From: a virus
IMG/VR virus record: IMGVR_UViG_3300020325_000001
Length of the DNA: 44,471 bases
Direction: 5' to 3' (one strand)
The position numbers and the translations under genes were made by a program. Every line of letters begins with the position of its first letter. The stretch's first letter is position 1. The notes below the pieces were generated by a model. The model made no database searches, was not told the DNA's origin, and was given only the letters and a program-made list of their open reading frames with translations. Positions 34,508-42,631 of the stretch are shown here, piece by piece.

Positions 34508-35535
34508 TGGCAAATAAAAAAACAGCAAATTTTGTTGGTGTAACTGATAGCTACGCTTCCACAGATGGTGTTTGGACGCTTGATGAAGTTCGTGAAAGGC
34601 GTTCCAGTGACGACCAGGCTGAGGATTGGGGCGGTGGTCCCAAAGAGTTTGACATCGATTTTCTAGTTATTGCTGGTGGCGGCGGTGGCGGCGCTACAAG
34701 CGGTCAATACAGCCGCAGTGGAGGTGGCGGCGCAGGTGGTTACATTACTTCCTATAGCAACGATCCTAGCGGAGCCAATACCACCAATGTTTCGTCTGTA
34801 CCCTATTCAACTAAACAAAGCTTACCGAACTTGACTGTTACTGTTGGTGCCGGAGGTAGCACAGGGTCTAACGGTAGTAACAGTACATTTAGTGGTACTA
34901 GTCGAATTGGTAATGCCTTCAATCACAACGCTGTTGGCGGTGGAAAAGGAGCTTCTTCTTCTAGTTCCTCTTCCAGCACTCACCAAGGTGGTTCCGGTGG
35001 TTCCGGCGGTGGTAGTGGTTGGTTTGTAGACGTAAATAACTACGGTTCCGCTTCTCATAGTAGTAGCGGTGGTTCTGGTACTTCTAATCAAGGAACAGAT
35101 GGTGATGGAGCAGCCGGATCTGCGTCACCTCAATTCCCAGCTGCCTGCGCCATGGCCAATCTCCCTAATTACTGCGCTCCTAGTAATACCTCACACCGTT
35201 CAGGTGGCGGCGGCGGTGCCGGAAACAGTAGCACTAGTGAGGATGGTGGTTCTGGCCTTACATCAACAATTACCGGCACCAGTATGACTAATGCTGGCGG
35301 GGGTTATGGTGAAGATGATAGTAAAAATAATGGAACAGCCGGGTCTGGTCAATCTGGTTACGGCGGTGGAGGTAATGTTGCACAAACTGGATTTGACGGA
35401 GTTGTTATTTTACGTTATTCAGGTGAAGCATCAGTTTCTTTTGATTCCCTCCAATTAACCGGCAGTTCATACACTGATGGTACTGATAAATATACTATCT
35501 TTACCGGTGGAACTGGTACTATCTCATTCGTGTAA
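34507..35535 (+). CDS. Glycine-rich fiber-like protein
   Basis: It has several GGGGG(G)A/GSGGSGGGSG tracts and the terminal FDGVVILRYSG motif that I recall from phage glycine-rich tail proteins. Confidence 0.55.
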   Translation: MANKKTANFVGVTDSYASTDGVWTLDEVRERRSSDDQAEDWGGGPKEFDIDFLVIAGGGGGGATSGQYSRSGGGGAGGYITSYSNDPSGANTTNVSSVPYSTKQSLPNLTVTVGAGGSTGSNGSNSTFSGTSRIGNAFNHNAVGGGKGASSSSSSSSTHQGGSGGSGGGSGWFVDVNNYGSASHSSSGGSGTSNQGTDGDGAAGSASPQFPAACAMANLPNYCAPSNTSHRSGGGGGAGNSSTSEDGGSGLTSTITGTSMTNAGGGYGEDDSKNNGTAGSGQSGYGGGGNVAQTGFDGVVILRYSGEASVSFDSLQLTGSSYTDGTDKYTIFTGGTGTISFV

Positions 35536-35541
35536 TTATCA

Positions 35542-36006
35542 ATGAAATACTTCGCTTTTTACTCTAATAGTAATGTAGTTGCAAAGGTTATCCCTGTCCC
35601 TGACAGTGCAAATGAAGAAGATTTTGCCAGACGTGTTGGCATGTTTTGCAAGGAAACATTTAAAGATGAATCTTCAAGAGGAAAATTTGCCGGTGTTGGC
35701 GACAACTATCTCCCTGAACACGACATCTTTGTTTCACCACAACCATTTAATAGTTGGATTGTTGATGTTGATAAAGCAGAATGGGTAGCACCTGTTGCCA
35801 AACCTTCAGATGATGGTGAATACCTTTGGAATGAGTTCACCTTTAAATGGCAACCTGCTGGCATTGCTATGACTGATGCTGCTGACTTCTTGAATGATAG
35901 CGATCTTCAAGTTTTACAGCAAGCTGATGCTAGTGCTGATCCTCAGCAAATTTCAGATGCATTAAGTTCTGATGGACGTGCTTGGCTTGAAAATAACGAC
36001 TCATAA
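35542..36006 (+). CDS. Hypothetical protein (154 aa), acidic C-terminus
   Basis: Track ORF in the post-fiber position. Confidence 0.5.
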   Translation: MKYFAFYSNSNVVAKVIPVPDSANEEDFARRVGMFCKETFKDESSRGKFAGVGDNYLPEHDIFVSPQPFNSWIVDVDKAEWVAPVAKPSDDGEYLWNEFTFKWQPAGIAMTDAADFLNDSDLQVLQQADASADPQQISDALSSDGRAWLENNDS

Positions 36007-36030
36007 ATCTTAACCACTTTTTCCTTTATT

Positions 36031-36198
36031 ATGATCACCCTTATTCGTCCGATTCTTTTCTCGTTTATTAATTCTGATAAAGTCAAACGTCTTGTCGTTG
36101 ACCTTTTGAAGAAATTGGCTGAACAAACAGACAACACTGTTGATGATCAGGCAGTAAAATTCATCGAACGCGGTTTGTTCGGTGGACCCCTGGAGTGA
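36031..36198 (+). CDS. Small protein (55 aa) with a hydrophobic N-terminus
   Basis: The ORF runs from ATG 36031 to TGA 36196-36198. The product is MITLIRPILFSFINSDKVKRLVVDLLKKLAEQTDNTVDDQAVKFIERGLFGGPLE. Confidence 0.4.
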   Translation: MITLIRPILFSFINSDKVKRLVVDLLKKLAEQTDNTVDDQAVKFIERGLFGGPLE

Positions 36199-36643
36199 AC
36201 CACCGGTTCTCCCCTCTCTAACGCTTCCAGAAGCGCCTGTAATGCCTAAAGTGGTGTTGGAGGTACCAAGGGCTCAGTTACCTAGTTACAAGCCCCTTGT
36301 AGTCCCTCCTAACACCCTCAGGCCACCTCCAGGTGTTGAGGGGATTAACACGGAAGATAAACCTCCTGAAAAGGAAAGTAAAACTACTTCTACTAAACAA
36401 CCTACAAAACCAAAGATTAATTTACCACCTGAAGCTCAAATAGTAGAAATACCGTTTACGGATATTGAGGTACCTATGCCTACAACTACTATTATGACTA
36501 CAGCAGCTACAACAGCGTTTATTTCTGTTGCTGCCACCCTAACTGCTACTTCTTTATTTAAATACCTAGTGATGGTTATGAAACCCATCATGAAAACTAC
36601 ATGGAACAAAATAACAAAAAAGAAGGAGCCAAAGGCTTCTTAG
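36182..36643 (+). CDS. Proline-rich protein with a C-terminal transmembrane anchor
   Basis: The start is GTG 36182 or ATG 36242. A PPVLPSLTLPEAPVMPK...PPNTLRPPPG region precedes the hydrophobic segment TTAFISVAATLTATSLFKYLVMVM and the basic tail KITKKKEPKAS. Confidence 0.5.
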   Translation: MDPWSEPPVLPSLTLPEAPVMPKVVLEVPRAQLPSYKPLVVPPNTLRPPPGVEGINTEDKPPEKESKTTSTKQPTKPKINLPPEAQIVEIPFTDIEVPMPTTTIMTTAATTAFISVAATLTATSLFKYLVMVMKPIMKTTWNKITKKKEPKAS

Positions 36644-36897
36644 AAAAAGTCAAGGAAAATACTGAGGATGAATTGCAAATCCTTGGTACCTTTGTCCGTT
36701 TAGGTGTTGTCGTTTGGAGTGGTTTCATTATCACTCTTAATTACGTTGACATCCCAATGATTAAAAAGGGTCAAAGCGGTGGTGATATTACCTTTGTAGC
36801 TTCTGTTTTTACAGGTGCCCTAGCGACTTTTGGACTCACTACATCCAACACTAAAACGAATCCTAAACCTCCTGAACCTAAAAAGAAAGAAGAATGA
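36601..36897 (+). CDS. Two-TM small membrane protein (holin candidate)
   Basis: The two hydrophobic segments are ILGTFVRLGVVVWSGFIITLNYV and ITFVASVFTGALATFGLTT. The C-terminus KPPEPKKKEE is charged. Confidence 0.45.
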   Translation: MEQNNKKEGAKGFLEKVKENTEDELQILGTFVRLGVVVWSGFIITLNYVDIPMIKKGQSGGDITFVASVFTGALATFGLTTSNTKTNPKPPEPKKKEE

Positions 36898-37241
36898 AAC
36901 GTCTTATTTTGTTGTTGATGATGGCTAGCCCGGCAGCCGCACAAGTTACCCCTAATTTTACTCAGGGGTCCATGCAATCCACTACAACCACCACCATTGA
37001 TATTGACCGCACTATTGCGACCAACGTTTACGGTGGTGCTTATTCATCATGGTCTGGAACAAACGTAGTCCCGAGCGGGGACATTACAAGCACCAACACA
37101 ACCTATACAATCCACACAGCTGGAGATCAGTTTCAGCTCGAAGTGGTGACAAGAGCAGCAGGAAAGATCGAAGACAGCCTGGTAACAGAAACTATCGAAC
37201 AGGTCTCCACTACTACTTCCTTGTCGGTCTTCTCTCAGTAA
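36894..37241 (+). CDS. Secreted Thr-rich protein (115 aa)
   Basis: The N-terminus MKRLILLLMMASPAAAQ is a signal peptide. The protein has no Cys. An ATGA overlap links it to the previous ORF. Confidence 0.5.
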   Translation: MKRLILLLMMASPAAAQVTPNFTQGSMQSTTTTTIDIDRTIATNVYGGAYSSWSGTNVVPSGDITSTNTTYTIHTAGDQFQLEVVTRAAGKIEDSLVTETIEQVSTTTSLSVFSQ

Positions 37242-37699
37242 ATCCTGCTTTTGCTAACGAAGAGCCTAAGGTTCAAAACACATCTAACCCTGTTGCAGCA
37301 GCTACAGGCAACGTAACTAATCAGGCGGTGCAATTCCAAAACAATGGTGCACCGTCTCGTCAATACTTTGCAGCAAACAACAGTTGTAATGGAACCACCA
37401 TGCAGTTCTCGCCCTTTTATATGGGCAACGATACTATTCCTCATGATTACACTGGGTATGTACGAAGCAATAACTTCGGCGTACAGCTAAATTTCTCAGT
37501 ACCACTGGATGGTGGTATGATTGAAACTTGCAAAGCTATTGCACGTAAACACGAACAAAAAATGCGTCTTGATTACGAGCTTGTTCGTGCACTTAAATGT
37601 ACTGAAATTATGAGAGCTGGTTTTACATTTAGACCTGGTTCACGTGTCGAAGTATTATGTAATGACATCGTACCTATTGTAGCATTGGAAAATGAGTGA
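37049..37699 (+). CDS. Secreted or membrane protein overlapping the previous ORF by 193 nt in the -1 frame
   Basis: An internal Sec-signal-like segment YYFLVGLLSVNPAFA-NEEP lies at 37208-37255. The only in-frame start upstream of it is ATG 37049. The mature part has 4 Cys. Confidence 0.45.
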   Translation: MVWNKRSPERGHYKHQHNLYNPHSWRSVSARSGDKSSRKDRRQPGNRNYRTGLHYYFLVGLLSVNPAFANEEPKVQNTSNPVAAATGNVTNQAVQFQNNGAPSRQYFAANNSCNGTTMQFSPFYMGNDTIPHDYTGYVRSNNFGVQLNFSVPLDGGMIETCKAIARKHEQKMRLDYELVRALKCTEIMRAGFTFRPGSRVEVLCNDIVPIVALENE

Positions 37700-37946
37700 A
37701 GCAATTGTCAGCATAGCCGTTGCAGTTGTTGCAGGTGGGGCGGCTTTAAATAACAGATTACACAATCGAATAAATAGCGTTCATGAACGTATTAGTGCCC
37801 TTGACCGCAGACTTGATGGTATAGAGCTGAATGTTGCTTCCGACTACGTAAAAAAAGCAGAATTATCTGAATTACTTAGCCGTATGGAAGATCACATGGT
37901 ACGTATTGAAAACAAACTTGACCAAATAGCTTTACGAAATGACTAA
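37692..37946 (+). CDS. N-terminal TM plus coiled-coil protein (gp17.5-position; holin or i-spanin-like candidate)
   Basis: The hydrophobic AIVSIAVAVVAGGAAL segment is followed by heptad-like RISALDRRLDGIELNVASDYVKKAELSELLSRMEDHMVRIENKLDQI. It lies directly before the putative terS. Confidence 0.45.
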   Translation: MSEAIVSIAVAVVAGGAALNNRLHNRINSVHERISALDRRLDGIELNVASDYVKKAELSELLSRMEDHMVRIENKLDQIALRND

Positions 37947-38187
37947 AAAAAAGGCTACTGAGGACCAGTTTAACGAGTTGCATAACCTTGTCACAAAAGA
38001 GTTCCTTGCCCGTATTAAATCAGGTGAGGCTTCTACTCAAGACTTGAAAGCAGCTTGTGACTGGCTTAAGACAAATGACATCAGTGGTGTCGCCCTGGAA
38101 GGTAATCCACTGTCTAAACTGGCAGCAGTCATGCCACAGGTAGACCCTGAGCTTGTACAACGGAGGCTGCATGGCTCGAACGTCTAA
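37939..38187 (+). CDS. Putative terminase small subunit (T7 gp18-like by size and position)
   Basis: An 82-aa helical protein upstream of terL. The call rests on synteny and size only. Confidence 0.45.
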   Translation: MTKKKATEDQFNELHNLVTKEFLARIKSGEASTQDLKAACDWLKTNDISGVALEGNPLSKLAAVMPQVDPELVQRRLHGSNV

Positions 38188-38407
38188 ACATAGTGGCGCT
38201 AAGTACGCTAATGGTAACTATAAGTCGTACCAAAAGAAATACGACTCATCTAAACTGCAGATTAAAAAACGGTCTGCACTAAACAAAGAGAACAGAAAAC
38301 GCGGAACTTATGGCAATGGTGACGGTAAAGATGTCTCACACAGAAAGAATGGTAAAACATTCCTTGAAAAAGCATCTAAAAACCGAGCACGTAAAGGCCG
38401 AGCATGA
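38171..38407 (+). CDS. Small very basic protein (78 aa) with a GDGKDVSH...N motif
   Basis: ATG 38171 follows GGAGG. The product is MARTSKHSGAKYANGNYKSYQKKYDSSKLQIKKRSALNKENRKRGTYGNGDGKDVSHRKNGKTFLEKASKNRARKGRA. Confidence 0.5.
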   Translation: MARTSKHSGAKYANGNYKSYQKKYDSSKLQIKKRSALNKENRKRGTYGNGDGKDVSHRKNGKTFLEKASKNRARKGRA

Positions 38408-38733
38408 CCCCGTTACTTCCAACTCCTGACGACTACCTATTTAACTTAATAGTTATGACCTCTCCAGAAGCCAAGCGCCTGTGGAGGCGCTCTATTAAGG
38501 AACATTTTGACCATACATGTATTTATTGCGGAAAAACTTATGACCTTAGTCAGTTATCTATCGATCATGTTCATCCTAGGGCTCGCGGTGGGCAGGATGT
38601 CGCAACAAATGTCGTATGTGCCTGTACCCGTTGTAATCAGGAAAAAGGAAGTGCCAACGTCCTTGATTGGATGAGGCAAAAATTTGGAGTCAATAGGCTC
38701 CGTGAAAAAGTTTTATTGGAGCATATTGCTTAA
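38404..38733 (+). CDS. HNH endonuclease
   Basis: CIYCGKTYDLSQLSIDHVHPRARGGQDVATNVVCACTRCNQEKG is a canonical HNH (C-x2-C ... DH ... N ... C-x2-C-N) motif. Confidence 0.9.
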   Translation: MTPLLPTPDDYLFNLIVMTSPEAKRLWRRSIKEHFDHTCIYCGKTYDLSQLSIDHVHPRARGGQDVATNVVCACTRCNQEKGSANVLDWMRQKFGVNRLREKVLLEHIA

Positions 38734-39842
38734 TGGATAAAGAACTAGCTCAACTAGAAGAATGGGCTGTAAACCTTGTTAACGACTACGAAGAAGAGTT
38801 GCTGCGTACTAAGCCTAAATCTTCTATGCATAAACGCATTAAAAGATTTTCTGGTGAGCTGGTTGCAAACCCTGAAGCTTACGGCGAGTTAATGGAAATG
38901 GGTCGGTCTCAAGGTATGACCGGTCAAGAACTTCTTAACGCTATTCGTCGTATTGAGCAAGGATTGCTTGACGAGTCTGGTAGAGGTAAGGCACCATCCA
39001 GAAAACAGATGATGTCTGATGTTATCCACCACTTTTACGCACAACGTACTGGTGGTGATACCCTTAGAAGACTTGGTCAAGCAGATCGTCAAGAGGCTAG
39101 AGCGGCATTGAGAGGCGAATTTGGTCGGTGGGGTAACGTCCCTGAAAACCTTAGAAGCTTGTTTAGAGCTGGACACCTTAACAGTGACGTATTAAAAGGT
39201 ATCGAAGGTGAGGCAATGGCTGAGCTGGGTGTTACCAAGGCTGGTCAATTAGACATACCTAAAGCTCATACTACTACTGGTAAAGCTGTTACAGGTGATA
39301 TTGTCGGTGCTACTACTGCTAAAGAAGCTATTGAGGGTATGCGTCCTCAGTTTGAGATTCAAGGCAGGGAGACACAAGCAGCCATTGAAGCTACACAACC
39401 GTTGATGTTAGACCTTGACGAAATTGCAGGGTCTACATATGGCACCGGTATGTCAGAAATGGAGCTAGAAGTACGTCGTAATTTACTAGCAGCTAATCCA
39501 GAACAAGTAAAGGCTGCTTTTAAAACACGTTTGTCACCATTTATTCGTGGTGGCACTGTTAAATTAGGTATGTCTGTTATCTCAGAATATGGTGAAGCTA
39601 TTGATGAAATAACAGGTGGTGCTATCTCAAATACTATTAACAAAGCAGTTGTTAATCCAGTAAGAAAGGCTCTTGGTCAAGAACCTGTTTCTTATCAAAA
39701 ACCTGACCCACAGGCTGATGTAAAAACCGTTAAACGTGCTAAAACAGCAGTCCAACGTGGTGGTCAAATTTCATTTGGTGCAGGTGGTGTTAAATTTACC
39801 TTGCCTGAATTTGGCTTGTCAGAGATATTAGGATTTAACTAA
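38733..39842 (+). CDS. Hypothetical protein (369 aa) between HNH and terL
   Basis: Track ORF coupled at both ends through TAATG overlaps. No family was recognised. Confidence 0.6.
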   Translation: MDKELAQLEEWAVNLVNDYEEELLRTKPKSSMHKRIKRFSGELVANPEAYGELMEMGRSQGMTGQELLNAIRRIEQGLLDESGRGKAPSRKQMMSDVIHHFYAQRTGGDTLRRLGQADRQEARAALRGEFGRWGNVPENLRSLFRAGHLNSDVLKGIEGEAMAELGVTKAGQLDIPKAHTTTGKAVTGDIVGATTAKEAIEGMRPQFEIQGRETQAAIEATQPLMLDLDEIAGSTYGTGMSEMELEVRRNLLAANPEQVKAAFKTRLSPFIRGGTVKLGMSVISEYGEAIDEITGGAISNTINKAVVNPVRKALGQEPVSYQKPDPQADVKTVKRAKTAVQRGGQISFGAGGVKFTLPEFGLSEILGFN

Positions 39843-41566
39843 TGAATACACTAGACCTTTTACAAGGTGACTTCAAGCTCTTCCTGCAGGCTCTGTGGGC
39901 GGAGCTTGATCTACCCAACCCTACACGTGCGCAATATGCAATCGCAGACTATCTTCAACATGGACCTAAGCGTCTTCAGATACAGGCTTTCCGTGGAGTT
40001 GGTAAGTCGTGGATCACAGGCGCATTTGTTCTCTGGACTCTCTTTAACGATCCAGAGCGAAAAATTATGATTATCTCCGCGTCTAAAGAACGTGCAGATA
40101 ACATGTCTATTTTTCTACAAAAACTTATTATTGAAACGCCATGGCTTTCTCATTTACGACCGACTGGAGACGATGCAAGGTGGAGCAGGGTAAGCTTCGA
40201 TGTGAAGTGCTCACCCCACCAAGCCCCAAGCGTAAAGTCCGTTGGAATCACAGGTCAGTTGACGGGCTCTCGCGCAGACCTAATGATTCTAGACGACATT
40301 GAAGTTCCTGGCAACTCAATGACGGAGTTAATGAGAGAGAAGCTTCTACAACTTTGTACAGAAGCTGAATCTATCCTTACACCAAAGGATGACTCACGTA
40401 TTATGTACTTAGGTACCCCTCAAACTACGTTTACCGTCTATAAGCGCCTTGCTGAGCGGTCATACAAGCCCTTTGTATGGCCTGCTAGGTACCCTCGTAA
40501 GACTTCTAATTATGAGGGTCTCCTAGCGCCTCAGCTGGTCGAAGATATTGAGAAAGGTGCTGACAAATGGGATGTAACAGATGACCGTTTTGATAATGAC
40601 GACCTAGTTGAACGTGAAGCGTCCATGGGTCGTAGCAACTTTATGTTGCAGTTCATGCTAGACACCTCACTTAGTGATGCTGACAAATTTCCTCTCAAAT
40701 GTGCGGACCTTATCGTTACCTCTGTTAACCCTAAGTCTGCTCCTGAGTCCGTCATCTGGTGCTCAGACCCAAAAAACGTTATCAAGGAACTCCCCACTGT
40801 CGGACTACCTGGAGATTATTTCTACAGTCCAATGCAGTTACAGGGAGACTGGGACTCTTACTCAGAGACAATCTGCAGTGTTGACCCGTCGGGTCGTGGA
40901 TCGGATGAAACGACAGCAGCTTATATCTCCCAACGTAACGGTATCCTGTACTTGCACGAAATGCGTGCTTATCGAGACGGATACTCAGACAAAACACTTC
41001 TGGACATTTTAAAAGGTTGTAAAAAGTATGAAGTATCTAAGCTTGTCATTGAAACTAACTTTGGCGACGGTATTGTTAGCGAGTTGTTCCGCAAACATCT
41101 CCAACAAACTAATCAAAGATGCGATGTTGAAGAAGTCCGAGCAACTGTTAGAAAAGAAGATCGAATCATCGATTCCCTTGAACCCGTCCTCAATCAACAC
41201 CGACTCGTTATCGACAAGTCCGTTATCGAGTGGGACTTCCGGTCTAACCCCGACGAAGCTCCTGAACGTCGATTGATGTACATGCTCTTCTACCAGATGA
41301 GTAGAATGTGTCGTGAAAAAGGTGCTGTTAAACACGACGACAGAATTGATTGCCTAGCTCAAGGCGTTAAGTATTTTACAGATGCTATGGGTATTTCTGC
41401 CCAAGAAGCAATTAAAGAACGTAAACGTATGGAGTGGAATCAGATGTTAGCAGAGTTTATTGACGACCCTCAAGCCTCTGCAAATCATATGGTTTTAGGT
41501 ATGAATTACGAGCAAAGACAGCAAGCTAAAGGCGACACAAAGAACTCAGTCCCTAACTGGGTTTAA
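39842..41566 (+). CDS. Terminase large subunit (T7 gp19-like)
   Basis: The Walker A-like FRGVGKSW, the Walker B ADLMILDDIE and the nuclease motif SVDPSGRGSDETTAAY are present. The size (574 aa) fits. Confidence 0.93.
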   Translation: MNTLDLLQGDFKLFLQALWAELDLPNPTRAQYAIADYLQHGPKRLQIQAFRGVGKSWITGAFVLWTLFNDPERKIMIISASKERADNMSIFLQKLIIETPWLSHLRPTGDDARWSRVSFDVKCSPHQAPSVKSVGITGQLTGSRADLMILDDIEVPGNSMTELMREKLLQLCTEAESILTPKDDSRIMYLGTPQTTFTVYKRLAERSYKPFVWPARYPRKTSNYEGLLAPQLVEDIEKGADKWDVTDDRFDNDDLVEREASMGRSNFMLQFMLDTSLSDADKFPLKCADLIVTSVNPKSAPESVIWCSDPKNVIKELPTVGLPGDYFYSPMQLQGDWDSYSETICSVDPSGRGSDETTAAYISQRNGILYLHEMRAYRDGYSDKTLLDILKGCKKYEVSKLVIETNFGDGIVSELFRKHLQQTNQRCDVEEVRATVRKEDRIIDSLEPVLNQHRLVIDKSVIEWDFRSNPDEAPERRLMYMLFYQMSRMCREKGAVKHDDRIDCLAQGVKYFTDAMGISAQEAIKERKRMEWNQMLAEFIDDPQASANHMVLGMNYEQRQQAKGDTKNSVPNWV

Positions 41567-41616
41567 CCAGGTCCCACATGTATACAGGAGAAGGGAAGGG
41601 TGGACCCGACTTCTGC

Positions 41617-41658
41617 GAAGGAAGGAACTCGTGTCTAACGACACTCCTTCCTTCTTTT
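41617..41658 (+). terminator. Intrinsic terminator after terL
   Basis: GAAGGAAGGA (41617-41626) pairs with TCCTTCCTTC (41645-41654). The inner stem is GTGTC-taac-GACAC, followed by TTTT. Confidence 0.7.
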
Positions 41659-41724
41659 ATCTGATGATTCGTTTCCGTACTCATCTTATAAATACTACCA
41701 CCAACTACGTTAACCACCTCTTAC

Positions 41725-42354
41725 ATGTATCATACAGTATCATTAGTACATACCACCCCGGATGCTGAGAAGCTTATTGCTTACATGGCTCGTGTATCTA
41801 ACCCTGATAATCAGGATAACCCCGAGTCAGAACGTTTGATTAGGTACTTGATTAAACATAAACACTGGTCCCCCTTTGAGATGGTGAATATGTGTGTACA
41901 GATTGAGACAACCCGAAGTGTTGCTGCTCAAATCTTACGACATCGTAGCTTTAGCTTCCAAGAGTTTAGTCAACGGTACGCTCAAGTGGCGGAACCTGCC
42001 GCTATCCCGCAACTTAGACGTCAAGATACTAAGAACAGACAGAATAGTATTGATGATCTAGATGTTTATACCGTAAAAGACTTTACCGTTAAGATTAATA
42101 GCTTGTTTGAGCTTAGTGAGAGCCTGTATAACGAAATGTTGGCAGCAGGTGTAGCTAAAGAGTGTGCAAGAGACGTATTGCCCCTCTCAACGCCCACTAA
42201 ACTCTATATGAACGGTACATTGCGGTCTTGGTTGCATTATTGTGACCTTAGATGCGCTAATGGTACCCAATATGAGCATAAACTCATCGCAGATCAGGTC
42301 AAAGGCTTGATTGAACAGGAGTTTCCTACTATTTATGCAGCTATGTTCTGCTAA
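41725..42354 (+). CDS. thyX: Flavin-dependent thymidylate synthase
   Basis: The ThyX signature RHRSFSFQEFSQRY (RHR..S....S.R) is present and the 209-aa size fits. Confidence 0.9.
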   Translation: MYHTVSLVHTTPDAEKLIAYMARVSNPDNQDNPESERLIRYLIKHKHWSPFEMVNMCVQIETTRSVAAQILRHRSFSFQEFSQRYAQVAEPAAIPQLRRQDTKNRQNSIDDLDVYTVKDFTVKINSLFELSESLYNEMLAAGVAKECARDVLPLSTPTKLYMNGTLRSWLHYCDLRCANGTQYEHKLIADQVKGLIEQEFPTIYAAMFC

Positions 42355-42548
42355 ACACATGTTCCTACTTAATATGCTGATTGTCGGACTGGTTGAAACC
42401 GGTCCAGACACCTTTCAACTGCAGTTACTGGCGGAAACCGGCGAGATCGTGGAGTATACGGTCTCAAAAAATGACAGAAATTTCTGAAGCCTATTCCTTA
42501 TTGAGAATCGTTCGCAATACCCCCATAGGGGTGCACAAATAAAAGTGC

Positions 42549-42631
42549 CCGCTCGCTTCGCTCGCTTCCTTTGCACTGTGCTATGCTGCGCCAACCTGCG
42601 CCAACGGCGAGCGAGCGCGTAGCGCGAGCGG
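42549..42631. repeat. GC-rich imperfect inverted repeat (~83 nt) carrying tandem 9-mers and 10-mers
   Basis: CCGCTCGC (42549-56) pairs with GCGAGCGG (42624-31), and CGCTCGCT (42559-66) pairs with AGCGAGCG (42610-17). The tandem repeats are CGCTCGCTT x2 (42550-67) and CTGCGCCAAC x2 (42586-605). Confidence 0.8.

Noticed and set aside
42550-42605. Tandem short repeats considered as a CRISPR-like array
   Set aside because: The repeats are only two copies of 9-10 nt units with no spacers, and no cas genes are present. They do not form a CRISPR array.
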